64,000 bases of DNA, taken from Heptranchias perlo (Eukaryota). Position numbers and translations under genes: made by a program. Position 1 is the stretch's first letter. The number at the start of each line of letters is the position of its first letter. Below are positions 12,751 to 25,316 of the stretch, in pieces. Below the pieces are notes generated by a model that saw only the letters and a list, made by a program, of their open reading frames with translations, made no database searches and was not told the origin of the DNA. The stretch lies in the NCBI RefSeq assembly GCF_035084215.1, contig NC_090346.1, positions 48,546,001-48,610,000 on the forward strand, written 5' to 3'.

Positions 12751-13262
12751 GTACTTTGTTTTGCTTCCTGAGTGGTATGACAGTAAATTGGATCAGTCAG
12801 GCCACTTGTATCTGCAGTAGAAGTTTATTAAGTTGGAAGTGATCTTGCCTGCTCATTATACAGTTACTTACCTATCCCAAGATGCTGTACAACTAATAAA
12901 TTACTTTTAAGTGGCAGCCAGTTTGTGCACAGCAATTAGGAAATGAGCTGAATGACCAGTTGATGTGTGTTCAGTGATATTAGTTGAAGATAATTGTTGA
13001 CCAGGATATGGGAGACATGGATAGCAAATTTAATGTTTATTCAGATCAGCTTCCTTCTGCAAAGGGGCAGAATGTAGGACAAGACAAGAGGTTGAGTGTA
13101 GGAAGTGCTGGGCCTGATCAAATCAAATGCCTTCTGTTCCAGTGATTTGGCAAAAGTAAATTCATATGTATTTGTACAGACTCAAGATTTCAATCAAAAT
13201 TGAAAGCAGTCAGGGATGGAGAATTGCAGTTAGCATGGAGTGGGCCTGGGCCTGTACTAGGT

Positions 13263-13331
13263 GGGAGATGATGACAAGTTGCACTCTTTACTCACCTCTG
13301 AAAAGAGGATGGAATTGATTTGATGTCTCTT
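13263..13331 (+). promoter_or_regulatory. Candidate box C/D kink-turn hairpin overlapping the branch point and pyrimidine tract of SNU13 intron 2
   Basis: Box C ATGATGA 13268-13274, D-like TTGA 13320-13323, inner stems CAAgTT/AATTG and CTCTTT/AAAGAG, loop containing ACTCAC. Confidence 0.6.
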
Positions 13332-13336
13332 TGCAG

Positions 13337-13599
13337 CCACCAAGACATTGAACAGAGGAATTGCTGAATTCATCGTGATGGCAGCGGATGCTGAACCTTT
13401 GGAGATTATTCTTCATTTACCTCTTCTCTGTGAAGACAAGAACGTGCCTTACGTTTTTGTAAGGTCCAAACAAGCACTGGGCCGTGCGTGCGGTGTGTGT
13501 CGGCCAGTTATTGCATCCTCCGTCACAATAAAGGAAGGCTCGCAACTGAAGCCACAGATTCAGTCTGTGCAACAAGCAGTTGAGCGTCTACTGGTTTGA
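13337..13599 (+). CDS. SNU13: SNU13 coding exon 3 ([42 protein letters not shown]...AVERLLV*)
   Basis: ttgcag acceptor; total CDS 3+121+263=387 nt = 128 aa, matching 15.5K/Snu13. Confidence 0.97.
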
Positions 13600-13751
13600 A
13601 TGTCCCTGACAGGCTGTGAGATATTCAAAGGCTGAACAGGAAATGGCTCCCAGCAGTCAGATGTGTACATTCCACTTTTTTTCTAAATTGCTTTAGAACA
13701 TTGTGGTAGGATTGCTCTAATAGCACATTTGTAATGTACTTTAATTTCTTA

Positions 13752-13757
13752 AATAAA
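13752..13757 (+). terminator. Probable SNU13 polyadenylation signal
   Basis: AATAAA ~150 nt after the stop codon. Confidence 0.55.
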
Positions 13758-14686
13758 AAGTGCTTATCCTGAACCTGCCTTTGAAACTTGCCTTTCAAAT
13801 GCAGGACTGCCACTTTACAGCATGGTACTCCTGCTCCTCTGTTCTTAACTGACTTCAGATGGTAGCCTAGTTTACTAGAGGATAGAGTTTTCTAATCCAA
13901 ATAGTAAATATTCATTCTTCCCATAACATACCAAGCTTTTTCCATCTGGCCTTTGACCTGTTAAGCCCAAACACTTCTATACTAATACTAGCTTTTACAG
14001 CTGCAATCAGACAAGAAAGCAGGGCTCAACAGAATGGCTGGAGTGGAAAATGCTAGTTGTGGTAATGGCTCCACACTAGTGATTGAAGCACAGCTAGGTA
14101 CCTACATTAGCATCAGTGTTTGTTTGGTTTTAACATAATGCAAGTTAAAGTAGAACCTGTATTTGTATAATGTCTGCTTTCCTTAAGATGTCCCAAAGCA
14201 CTTTACAACCCAATTGCTTTAGAAATGGAGGTGCTAATTTGTGCACAGCAAGTTCCCAGAAACTATTCACCAGTGTCCTCGTTTAAGATGGCAGAACAAG
14301 ATGAAGGAAGCGATATCTACATCCTAATAGCTAGTCCTGGAGGAAAGCCAGCTGGTGAAGGTGAGGGACATGAACTTTCATTTATATACTGCAGTAGAAA
14401 AACATCCCATAATCAAAAAAAATGGAAACAGGAAGGGTGACCAAAGAGAGGGATAAGAGGCAGCATGGTAATGGAGGTAATTCCAGCACATGTGGCCTAA
14501 GTAGTCCAGCTGTGCCTTTGGCAAGAGACCACGAACACTTACCTCCAGACTCAACTATTCCAAAGGCACAGATGAGGGTTTCATTAGCCAATGAGCTTGC
14601 TGCTGGGAGTTGAAAGCTTAGCTCAGGGTTAAATAGATTGCAAACATCTATAGACAATTAACAATGAAACTAAATTTAAATACAAG

Positions 14687-14692
14687 TTTATT
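14687..14692 (-). terminator. Possible distal polyadenylation signal of the Kelch gene
   Basis: AATAAA on the - strand in AT-rich UTR-like sequence ~2.1 kb past the stop; another candidate lies near 16230. Confidence 0.35.
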
Positions 14693-16837
14693 ATACATTT
14701 GTCTAATGTGTTAAATGATTTAACAGCTTTGTTATAACTTGGATATACTGGAGGTATGAAGCATTCTTGCACATTTGAACAGAAGCAGTGGTTTTCTTTT
14801 TTTAAAAAACCCATAGGGTTATACATCAAGGTTTCTGCTATAAAATCCTTATTGCATAGTTCATGATATAGTCCTTTAAGCACGGCATCATTTGAGTGCA
14901 ATAAAATCTGAAGCCTTTAAAATGTGAATTTACAGTATTTGAAATTTTGAAACTGGTCAAGCCTCAACACTGCTCAAATTGTCAACCCTTCCATAAGTGA
15001 GAATAAAGTACCATTTCAGTTAGCTGACACTATACAGTACCACAAAACAGGGGTTGGAGAGAATTACACAGCAGCAATTCTTGTAACAAAGCCATAAAAA
15101 CCCCCCAATTCAAAGATTTTCCCCTGAAGGTACAAGCTCCTTACAGTTCCACAGGGCACTAGTCATTCAGTACCTCATGCCAACAGCCCATTACTCGTGT
15201 GTGACAAGTAGCCTATCCTGCTGTGGCCAACTGAGAGTTTGGCTGTCAATCAATTGGCCACATAAGCTTCCAGAAGAGGCCACTGGATAAAGAGCAGTCT
15301 AATCCTTTCCTAACCTAAGGGTATTAGGAACAACTGGGGCATTCCTAACTACTGCCCCAGGGATCAAACCCAACCCATTCTTGGTCAGTGTGGCCCAGAA
15401 ATAAAGTGTGATGTCACCTATTGGCAAAATGATTTTTCTCCCATCCTTGGATAACAGAACAGTTTGGATCCTCAGTCTTTATGCAAAAGTTTGCTTAGTC
15501 ACCAATAAGGTGAGAAAGCAATCTCACCACTTCACCAGCAAGATACTCTGGCCAAGTAACACCCAGTATTTGCCATGGGCACTTACTGCAAACAGTTTGC
15601 AATGTATAATTGCACATCTCACTGTCACAAGAGGAACCAAACACCCAATAGGCAAACTGGCTTTTCTTAGTACTTCTGAAACCTATTTACATATGGGGTA
15701 CTGAAGCTTTTCCTGAACTGATAGAAAAGGTTTTAAAGGTTCTGTTGTACAGGCAGTGAGTTTTTAAACCCAAGCTGTAAACTTGCAGTAGTCTAAATGG
15801 TGTAGGTTCACCCTCATTAAAACAATTAAACTAACACTTGGGAACATATTCAATATCTGCAAGTACCAAAAACATGTAGAATACCAGCCTTCTGAATCTG
15901 GACGTTACTGCAGGAAGGAATTTGTACACATATCCTGAATGCTTTTAAAATGGAAGTTTGACTCATCAGATACAACGAAAGAACCACCTCCATCTTGTAT
16001 AGCATCTTCCACATCACAGCTCATTCATTATTTTTATGAAGTGTTACAGTCACTTGCCAGTAGGTTCGTATTCGATGAGGAGCAGGATAGAGGGACTGGA
16101 ACACAATAAATCTCAATGTGGAGGAGGTAAACAGCCCCGATAACTCATGAAGTTAGCGGGAAGGAGGGCAGTTGAAAAAAAAGAAAGCCCCTTGTAGAGA
16201 ATGACTGCACCAAAAGAATAATTTACTTTATTACAAGAGAAACCCCCTATACCTAAACCAGAATGTTGGCACCACCATGAAAATATGGGCAGCTCTTCTC
16301 AATGGAGGCAAAGAGTTGTAGCATATTGTCCAATAACTAGTACCATTAAAAGATTATTTTAGAGACTTGCGTGATACATACTTAGACCCATGGGCGCTCT
16401 TTTGAAACACGGAGGGATTTTTAAACTTTGCCGCCTGGGTAGTAATCTGGAGAGACCGGCTGCCCGCCCCTTTGTCCAGAGAGAGACCGTCCCACCTGCC
16501 CCCTTATCCAGGGAGAAACCAGCTGTCTGCCCCCGTCCAGAAAGACAGTCTTGTCCTGCCCGCCCTTGTCCAGGGAGAGACCGCTTGCTTTTCATCCCAT
16601 TGAAACTGTTGGAATGAAATCTGGGCAGTTTTATAAAAGGGTTTGTGTTCTGTTCCAACTGGTTACTGCCTAGGTTGCAATGTTGAAAATGAATCCTCAA
16701 TGCACTTCTATAAACCCGTACCTGGTAGAACTGAGGAGATTTCACACACTCTTATTCTGCCAATTGCTGTCGACAGCCGTTACACAAGGTTGCTGACAAT
16801 GGCACATCTCCAGAGCACGAGATGGGAGATTTTCACA

Positions 16838-16997
16838 TCAATCCACACAATCTTCTTGATCAGCTGGTTGGCTGGGCCAGGTATCTTTCTGTATCTGTAC
16901 AGAGACACAACTTAACCAACTCCGGCTGGTGAGCATCTCCCCAAATATCTCCCATTTGCCTATTTCTTCACTGTACTGCTCAATGGTGTCATGGTAT
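16838..16997 (-). CDS. Kelch-like gene last coding exon (YHDTIEQYSEEIGKWEIFGEMLTSRSWLSCVSV...CVD*)
   Basis: tttcag acceptor, phase 2 matches the previous exon; total CDS 1797 nt = 598 aa. Confidence 0.88.
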
Positions 16998-17404
16998 CTG
17001 AAAACAAGAATTATTGACAATCAACGATAAGGGAGAGATTACTGGGCTTTGTTTACACTTTGCACTAAAGAAAACCTGGAATAGAATTAGCACAGTCTAA
17101 AGAATTCAGCAGCTAACCAGACAGCTTAAGCAGTTTAAGAAAAACACAGTCACAGCCTTGGTTACAATCACAGTTGCTATGGGACAGGTAGTGCAGTGAA
17201 TTGAGAGGCAGCAGAGGTTTTATTACATGATCTTCAAGAATGATAGTTAAGTAAAACTAGACTTGAAAAGATCAGCTCAATTGTCTTCACTACACTCATG
17301 TTCACTGATCCCACCTCCCAAAAGTACCAATTAGTGCCCCAAGGGCATTTGAACATTGCAGCCCCCTAGCAACATCTCCATCCTGTTTCTATGGCACATT
17401 TACA

Positions 17405-17690
17405 AGAACAACTCTCATTTATATAGCACCTTTAATGTAGTAAAACGTCCCAAGGCACTTCACAGAAGTGTAATCAAACAAAAAAAATTGACACTGAGCC
17501 AAAGGAGGCGATATTAGGTCAGGCGACCAAAAGTTTGGCCAAAGAGGTAGGTTTTAAGGAGCAACTTAAAAAGGAGGGGAGAGAGGTGAAGAGGTTTAGG
17601 GAGGGAATTCCAGAGCTTAGGGCTTAGGCAGCTGAAGGCCCGGCTGCCAATGGTGGAGCGAAGGAAGTCGGGCACGAGAGGCCAGAACTG
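17405..17690 (-). mobile_element. L2-like LINE 3' fragment
   Basis: Shared with 24785-25220 and 53200-53440 (GGRAFSCLGPKLWNSIP-type C-terminus). Confidence 0.65.
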
Positions 17691-18654
17691 CCAAGTGAGC
17701 TACATGTTTATGTGCTCTCAACTGTAATTTTTAAAATATTGGATACTTTTCAGAAGAGTATTAATTTTGCAAGGGCATCTTGTTCTGCCCAAATTTTACT
17801 GTTGGGTCAAATATCCATTCCATTGAAAGGCCAAAGTACTTTTGCTTCAAGCCATACTATTTATTGAACACCAAAGCTTGGCTCTGCGACTGCAAAATTG
17901 GCAACGCAATTGGTGCAGGCCAGCCCTAGTGTTGGGATGTGGCACATTTCCAAGAGGTCCAAACCTTTTGGATTTCACCATAATTGTTTGCAGTGTTACT
18001 TGGCACCATAATCTAAGAATAGTTCCTCCTATGGGATACCGTTAAAAGTTATTTTTTCCCGTGAAAGAAATGTAGTCTCAAAAAGGATCCAATACCCTGA
18101 CTGCCTGGAGTTGGTCATACCCTGACCATCAAGTTTCTATCGTGTATTTTCCAAGTTTCACCTCCTGGTGTACCGAAGGCTTCTTCAAATCAAAGAGTTG
18201 TTCCTTCAGTTGAGTAATATGATGAGTGCCTCAGATTGACAAAGTAACATCTGCGACTTTCTGGCTGGAGCTGCCCATTCACTTTTAGATTCAGTTGGAA
18301 CTCCTCCAATATCATCAACAACCTTTGTGGATCCAAGTTTCCATGACAACACATGAAATCAAATTTCAACAACTGACCAAGTACACAATCGGACTTATAT
18401 GCAGTCACTTTACAAGCAGTCAATCCCATTTCTTCCCACCTGATTGGTCCTCCTCTTCTCTCCCTCAAGAGCATGTAACCCGAACTGGTTTTAGCAACTG
18501 CAAAATATAGCCGGTGGAACAGGATCTGGTAGCTTTGGAACTGGCTTGCTGGCACCTATCTCAAGAATGCTGCAGCTGTCGTCCCTTTCTTGCATTTATC
18601 GAACATCTCCACATAGGTCAAAGTCAGCTGCCAAGTAAGTGCTTTCTCCAAGAG

Positions 18655-19190
18655 TTTACATAGAATGTGCAGCACAGGAACAGGTCATTCAGCGGAACAG
18701 GCCATTCAGCCAAACAGGTCCGTGCTGGTGTTTATGCTCCACGAGCCTCCTCCCACCTTATTTCATCTCACCCTATCAGCATATCCTTCTATTCCTTTCT
18801 CCCTCGTGTTTATCTGGCTTCCCCTTAAATGCATTTGTGCTATTCACCTCAACTACTTCTTGTGATAGTGAGTTCCACATTCCATCCACTCTGTGTAAAG
18901 AAGTTTCTCCTAAATTCCCCATTGGATTTATTAGTGACGCTCTTATATTTATCACCTCTAGTTCTGGTCTCCCCCACAAGTGGAAACATCTTCTTTACAA
19001 CTACCCTATCAAACCCTTTCACAATCTTAAAGACCTCTATCAGGTCACCTATCAGGTCTTCTCTTTTCTAGAGAAGAGCCCCAGCCCTGCTCAATCTTTC
19101 CTGATAATTATAATCTCTCAGTTCTGGCATCATCCTAGTAAACCTTTTTTGCACCTTCTCCAGAGCCTCTTTCCTTTTTATAATAGGATA
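18655..19190 (-). mobile_element. Decayed CR1 3' fragment
   Basis: RV..MWNSL..EVVE-type C-terminus and CR1-like 3' UTR. Confidence 0.7.
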
Positions 19191-19710
19191 TGCTTCTGCT
19201 GCAACAACTTGCATTTATATAGAGTCTTCAACGTAATAAATTGTCCCAAGGCGCTTCACAGGAGCGTAATCAGACACAAACTGACACCGAGCCAAAGAAT
19301 GACACATTAGGACACGGCTTCTCACCTCTCTCTCTTCCTGGGTTTTTAGTCTGACTGGATTTCCAAACACTTTGTGCAGAAGTCAACCTTCATTCTCATG
19401 CACTATATTGCTTGGTTGGCTGGGTCTGATGATGTGGACTTCACATCTATCCAGCATAAGTTTCTAAAGCAATGACTTTTTTTAAAAAGCTATTGGGGAT
19501 AACAAGCTCATTACTTGCCGACTAGGACAGATCTAATTAACAAGCACCAACTTAAAGTAAAAGAAGTCCAAGAACTTGGCACTTCCAAAAATGTACCCCT
19601 CTTACTACATACAATCATGCCAATATAAACAAACCAGCAAATTGTAAAACAAATCCTTAATGTGCAAGGGTCTATTCAAAAGTACAAATTCCCTTACAGC
19701 ATTGTTTAGA

Positions 19711-22700
19711 CGGTAGCATAGTGGTTATGTTACTGGACTCGTAATCCAGAGGCCTGGACTAATCATCCGGAGTCATGAATTCAAATTCCACCACGGCAGC
19801 TGGGGAATTTAAGATTCAATTAATTAAATAAAATCTGGAATTAAAATACTAGTATCAGTAATGGTGGCCATGAAACTACTGGATTGTCATAAAAACCCAT
19901 CTGGTTCACTAATGCCCTTTAGGGAAGGAAACCTGCCGTCCTTACCCAGTCTGGCCGATTTGTGACTCCAAACCCACAGCAACGTGGTTGATTCTTAATT
20001 GCCCTCTGAAATGGCCTAGCAAGCCACTCAGTTGTAAAATCTCGCTTAAAAAAAAAGTCAAAGAATAAAACCGGACAGACCACCCGGCATCGGACCACTA
20101 GACAAGACAAACCAAGCCCAGTCGACCCGACAAAGTCCTCTTCACTAACAGCTGGGGACTTGTGCTAAAATTGGGAGAGCTGTCCCACAGACTAGTCAAG
20201 CAACAGCCTGACATAGCCATACTCACAAAATCATACCTTTCAGCCAACGTCCCAGACTCTTCCATCACCATCTCTGGGTATATACAGTCAGGAGGGAGCG
20301 GCCCTGGGAGTCCTCAACATTGACTCTGAACCTCATGAAATCTCATGGCATCAGGTCAAACATGGGCAAGGAAACCTCCTGCTGATTACCACCTACCACC
20401 CTCCCTCAGATGATGAGTCAGTCCTCCTCCATGTTAAGCACCACTTGGAGGAAGCACTGAGGGTAGCAAGGGCACAGAATGTACTCTGGGTGGGGGACTT
20501 CAATGTCCATCACCAAAAGTGACTCGGTAGCACCACTACTGACCGAGTTGGCCGAGTCCTGAAGGACATAGCTGCCAGACTGGGCCTGCGGCAGGTGGTG
20601 AGCGAACCAACACGAGGGAAAAACTTACTTGACCTCGTCCTCACCAATCTACCTGTCGCAAATGCTTCTGTCCATGACAGTATTGGTAGGAGTGACCATT
20701 GCACTGTCCTCATGGAGACGAAGTCCCGTCTTTGAACTGAGGATACCATCCAACGTGTTGTGTGACACTATCACCGTACTAAATGGGATAGATTCAGAAT
20801 AGATCTAGCAGCTCAAAACTGGGCAACCATGAGGCACCGTGGGCCATCAGCAGCAGCAGCAGAATTGTATTCCAGCACAATCTGTAACCTCATGGCCCGG
20901 CATATTACTCACTCTACCATTAGCCAGGGGATCAACCCTGGTTCAATGAGGAGTGTAGAAGAGCATGCCAGGAGCAGCACCAGGTGTACCTAAAAATGAG
21001 GTGCCAACCTGGTGAAGCTACAACTCAGGACTATATGCATGCTAAATAGCGGAAACAACATGCTATGGACAGAGCGAAGCGATTCCACAACCAACGGATC
21101 AGATCAAAGCTCTGCAGTCCTACCACATCCAGTCATGAATGATGGTGGACAATTAAACAACTAACTGGAGGAAGAGGCTCTGTAAACATCCCCATCCTCA
21201 ATGATGGCGGAGTCCAGCACGTGAGTGCAAAAGACAAGGCTGAAGCATTTGCAACCATCTTCAGCCAGAAGTGCCAAGTGGATGATCCATCTCAGCCTTC
21301 TCCCGATATCCCCACCATCGCAGAAGCCAGTCTTCAGCCAATTCGATTCACTCCACGGTGATATCAAGAAACGGCTGAGTGCACTGGATACAGCAAAGGC
21401 TATGGGCCCCGACAACATCCCAGCTATAGTGCTGAAGACTTGTGCTCCAGAACTAGCTGCGCCTCCAGCCAAGCTGTTCCAGTACAGCTACAACACTGGC
21501 ATCTACCAGACAATGTGGAAAATTGCCCAGGTATGTCCTGTCCACAAAAAGCAGGACAAATCCAATCCGGCCAATTACCGCCCCATCAGCCTACTCTCAA
21601 TCATCAGCAAAGTGATGGAAGGTGTCATCGACAGTGCTATCAAGCGGCACTTACTCACCAATAACCTGCTCACCGATGCTCAGTTTGGGTTCCGCCAGGG
21701 CCACTCGGCTCCAGATCTCATTACAGCCTTGGTCCAAACATGGACAAAAGAGCTGAATTCCAGAGGTGAGGTGAGAGTGACTGCCCTTGACATCAAGGCA
21801 GCATTTGACAGAGTGTGGCACCAAGGATCCCTAGTAAAATTGAAGTCAATGGGAATCAGGGGGAAAACTCTCCAGTGGCTGGAGTCATACCTAGCACAAA
21901 GGAAGATGGTAGTGGTTGTTGGAGGCCAATCATCTCAACCCCAGGGCATTGCTGCAGGAGTTCCTCAGGGCAGTGTCCTGGGCCCGACCATCTTCAGCTG
22001 CTTCATCAATGACCTTCCCTCCATCATAAGATCAGAAATGGGGATGTTCGCTGACGATTGCACGGTGTTCAGTTCCATTCGCAACCCCTCAAATAACGAA
22101 GCAGTCAGAGCCCACATGCAGCAAGACCTGGACAACATCCAGGCTTGGGCTGATAAGTGGCAAGTAACTTTCGCGTCAGACAAGTGCCAGGCAATGACCA
22201 TCTCCAACAAGAGAGCGTCTAACCACCTCCCCTTGACATTCAACGGCATTACCATCGCTGAATCCCCCACCATCAACATCCTGGGGGTCACCATTGACCA
22301 GAAGCTTAACTGGACCAGCCATATAAATACCGTGGCTGCAAGAGCAGGTCAGAGGCTGGGTATTCTGCGGCGAGTGACTCACCTCCTGACTCCCCAAAGC
22401 CTTTCCACCATCTACAAGGCACAAGTCAGGAGGGTGATGGAATACTCTCCACTTGCCTGGGTGAGTGCAGCTCCAGCAACACTCAAGAAGCTCAACACCA
22501 TCCAGGACAAAGCAGCCCGCTTGATTGGCACCTCATCCACCACCCTAAACATTCACTCCCTTCACCACCGGCACACCGTGGCTACAGTGTACACCATCCA
22601 CAGGATGCACTGCAGCAACTAGTCAAGGCTTCTTCGACAGCACCTCCCAAACCCGCGACCTCTACCACCTAGGACAACAGCAGCAGGCACATGGGAACAA

Positions 22701-22948
22701 CAGCACCTGCACGTTCCCCTCCAAGTCACACACCGTCCCAACTTGGAAATATATCGCCGTTCCTTCATCGTCGCTGGGTCAAAATCCTGGAACTCCCTTC
22801 CTAACAGCACTGTGGGAGAACCTTCACCACATGGACTGCAGCAGTTCAAGAAGGCGGCTCACCACCACCTTCTCAAGGGCAATTAGGGGTGGGCAATAAA
22901 TGCCGGCGTCGCCAGCGACGGCCACATCCCATGAACAAATAAAAAAAA
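19711..22948 (+). mobile_element. Near full-length LINE family A: tRNA-like head, APE endonuclease + RT (stops/frameshifts), A tail
   Basis: PDIAILT.SYL, GDFNVHH, PTRGKNLLDLVLTN and SDH endonuclease motifs at 20140-20710; RT ORF 21225-22622 with FADD. Confidence 0.92.
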
Positions 22949-23510
22949 TTAAAATGTTATTATGAAACTATGGGCTGAGTCTTGGGTCACGTTATGTTGC
23001 TGCTGAAGAGAAATGGTTTTAAACCAACGGAAAAATTTACAGGGCTATGGGGAAAGAGCAGGGGAGTGGGAATAATTGGATAACTCTTTCAAACAGCCAG
23101 CACAGGCAAGATGGGCTGAATGGCCTCCTTCTGTGCAGCAGCTTGGAATGATCCCATTTCAGTATTGTCAGACACACACTAAGCAAGTCTTCCAAGTTTA
23201 CAAAGGGGGAGTGGAAATCTGGAACTCTCTCCCCCAAAAAGCTGTTGAGGCTGGGGGTCAATTGAAAATTTCAAAACCGAGATTGATAGATTTTTGTTAG
23301 GCAATAGTATTAATGGTTACAGAACCAAGGCAGATAGATGGAGTTAAGATACAGATCAGCCATGATCTAATTGAATAGCGGAACAGGCTCGAGAGGCTGA
23401 ACGGTCTATTCCTGTTCCTATGTTCACCAGGTTTATCTCAGTCCACTGTACAGTTTAAAAATGGACATTTTTAAAAAAGCGTCTTATCACCGCTAACTGC
23501 TTGTACCTAC

Positions 23511-23676
23511 CGATCCCATCCTTCTTCGCCTCCCAACACGTATATCTTGCCATCGATCACTGCCACCCCCGGCCGGTAGCGTCTCTCGTTCATGGGGGCG
23601 CACATCCTCCATGTGTTGGTCTTGGGGTTGTACTGCTCCACCTTGTCAGTGTTCTCTGTCGAGGCGTGCCAGCCAC
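23511..23676 (-). CDS. Kelch-like gene coding exon 7 (GWHASTENTDKVEQYNP...IYVLGGEEGWDR)
   Basis: 166-nt exon, phase 1 to 2, kelch repeat. Confidence 0.93.
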
Positions 23677-24784
23677 CTGGGGAGGAGATCCACCAATTTA
23701 CACACTCTGCAGATTCATTGCCACTTCCTAAACACGCATACCCTGTTCCCCACTGTCCCCATCCCCCCACTTACCGTTCTGTTAGTTTTCCACCGGGCAC
23801 CATTTGTGCCAAGTCCCACTCTACAATGTGGAGATCCGATTGCATAGAAGACGTGAAGGCAAGGAGCAGCTTCCCAGTGTGTTTACTGAACCCGGCTCCC
23901 TTAACCTGATGGCCCGTTCTTAAAATCTACAGTTCCATTCCTCTGGAGTGGTTCTCCAATAAGGATATTTATACGAAGCGAATGACCCAACAACTTCACC
24001 ACACAGACTGCAGCGGTTCAAGAAGGCAGCCCACCACCACCTTCTCAAGGGCAACAGTGGACAGGCAATAAATGCCGGCCTTGCCAGCAACACCCACATC
24101 CAGAGAATGAATAAAAAACACACACCTCCTGCAGACTGCAACCAACCAACACCACTTACAAAATGCACAAATATAGCAGGTACTGCACAGGAGGAGGCCA
24201 TTAGGCCCATCATGCTTGTGCCAGCTCTTTGAAAGAGCTATCCAATTAGTCCCATTTCCCTGCTCTTTCCCCGTAGCCCTGTAAATTTTTTCCTTCAAGT
24301 ATTTATCCAATTCCCTTTTGAAAGTTACTATTGAATCTGCTTCCAACACCCTTTCAGGCAGTGCATTCCAGATCATTACAACTCACTGCGTAAAAAAATG
24401 TTTCCTCATGGCGCCTCTGGCTCTTTTGCCGATTACCTTAAATCATTACCAGATTCATCCCCCCCCCCCCAAACATTTCTATCTCCGTCTTTTAAGTAGA
24501 CAGGCAACATTAAATTTCTTTCCAAATCTTTCATCAGCTGGTCATAAAGGGACTGCTCCATTTACACAAGGGGCCTCCACAGTAACCACTCCACAAGATT
24601 ATAATGCAACTAATCTTAATTACGGTGGGACAAAGTGTAGACAGCAATCAGATGTGTACAAATTCAGATTACAAGCCACTGAATGCAGAGGGTTTAGATA
24701 GGTTGGTTGTACGCTGATTTTTCTTGTTCATACTTAAATGCACTTCCTGCATTCATATTTATGAATTTAAATTCAATTCCAACA

Positions 24785-25220
24785 GCTTGCAGTTATAAAG
24801 CACCTTTAATGTAGTAAAACATCCCAAGGCACTTCACAAGAGCATTAACAGACAAAAATTGACACTGAACCACATAAGGACACGCTTGGTCAAAGAGGTA
24901 GGTTTTAAGGAGAGTCTTGGAGGAGAGAGAGGCAGAGAGGTTTAGGGAGGGAATTCCAGAGCTTAGGGTCCAGGCAGCTGAAGGCATGGCCGCCAATGGT
25001 GGAGCGATTAAAATTGGGAATGTGCAGAATTGGAGGAGCGCAGAGATGTCAGAGGGATGTAGGGCTGGAGTAGGCTACACAGAAAGGGAGGGGACGAGGC
25101 CATGGAGGGATCTGAACACAAGGGTGAGAATTTTTTTTTAAAAAGCAAGGCATTGCTCGACCAGGAGCCAATGTAGGTCAGCAAGCACAGGGGGTGATGG
25201 GTGAACGGAACATGGTGCGA
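24785..25220 (-). mobile_element. L2-like LINE 3' fragment
   Basis: Similar to 17405-17690. Confidence 0.65.
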
Positions 25221-25316
25221 GTTCAAAAGTACTTCATTGGCCGTAGAGCACTTTGGGACGTCCAGGGGTCGTGAAAGGCGCTGTTTAAATGCAAGTCTTT
25301 CTTTCTCACTTCTTAC

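Noticed and set aside
14542-14647. Exon-like segment on the - strand with a strong GAG|GTAAGT donor
   Set aside because: Lies beyond the Kelch stop codon, the peptide is unrecognisable and no partner exons were found
19711-19795. Possible tRNA gene (also the SINE heads at 2700-2760, 26669 and 57365)
   Set aside because: Degenerate cloverleaf and B box, fused to repeat bodies; these are retroelement heads
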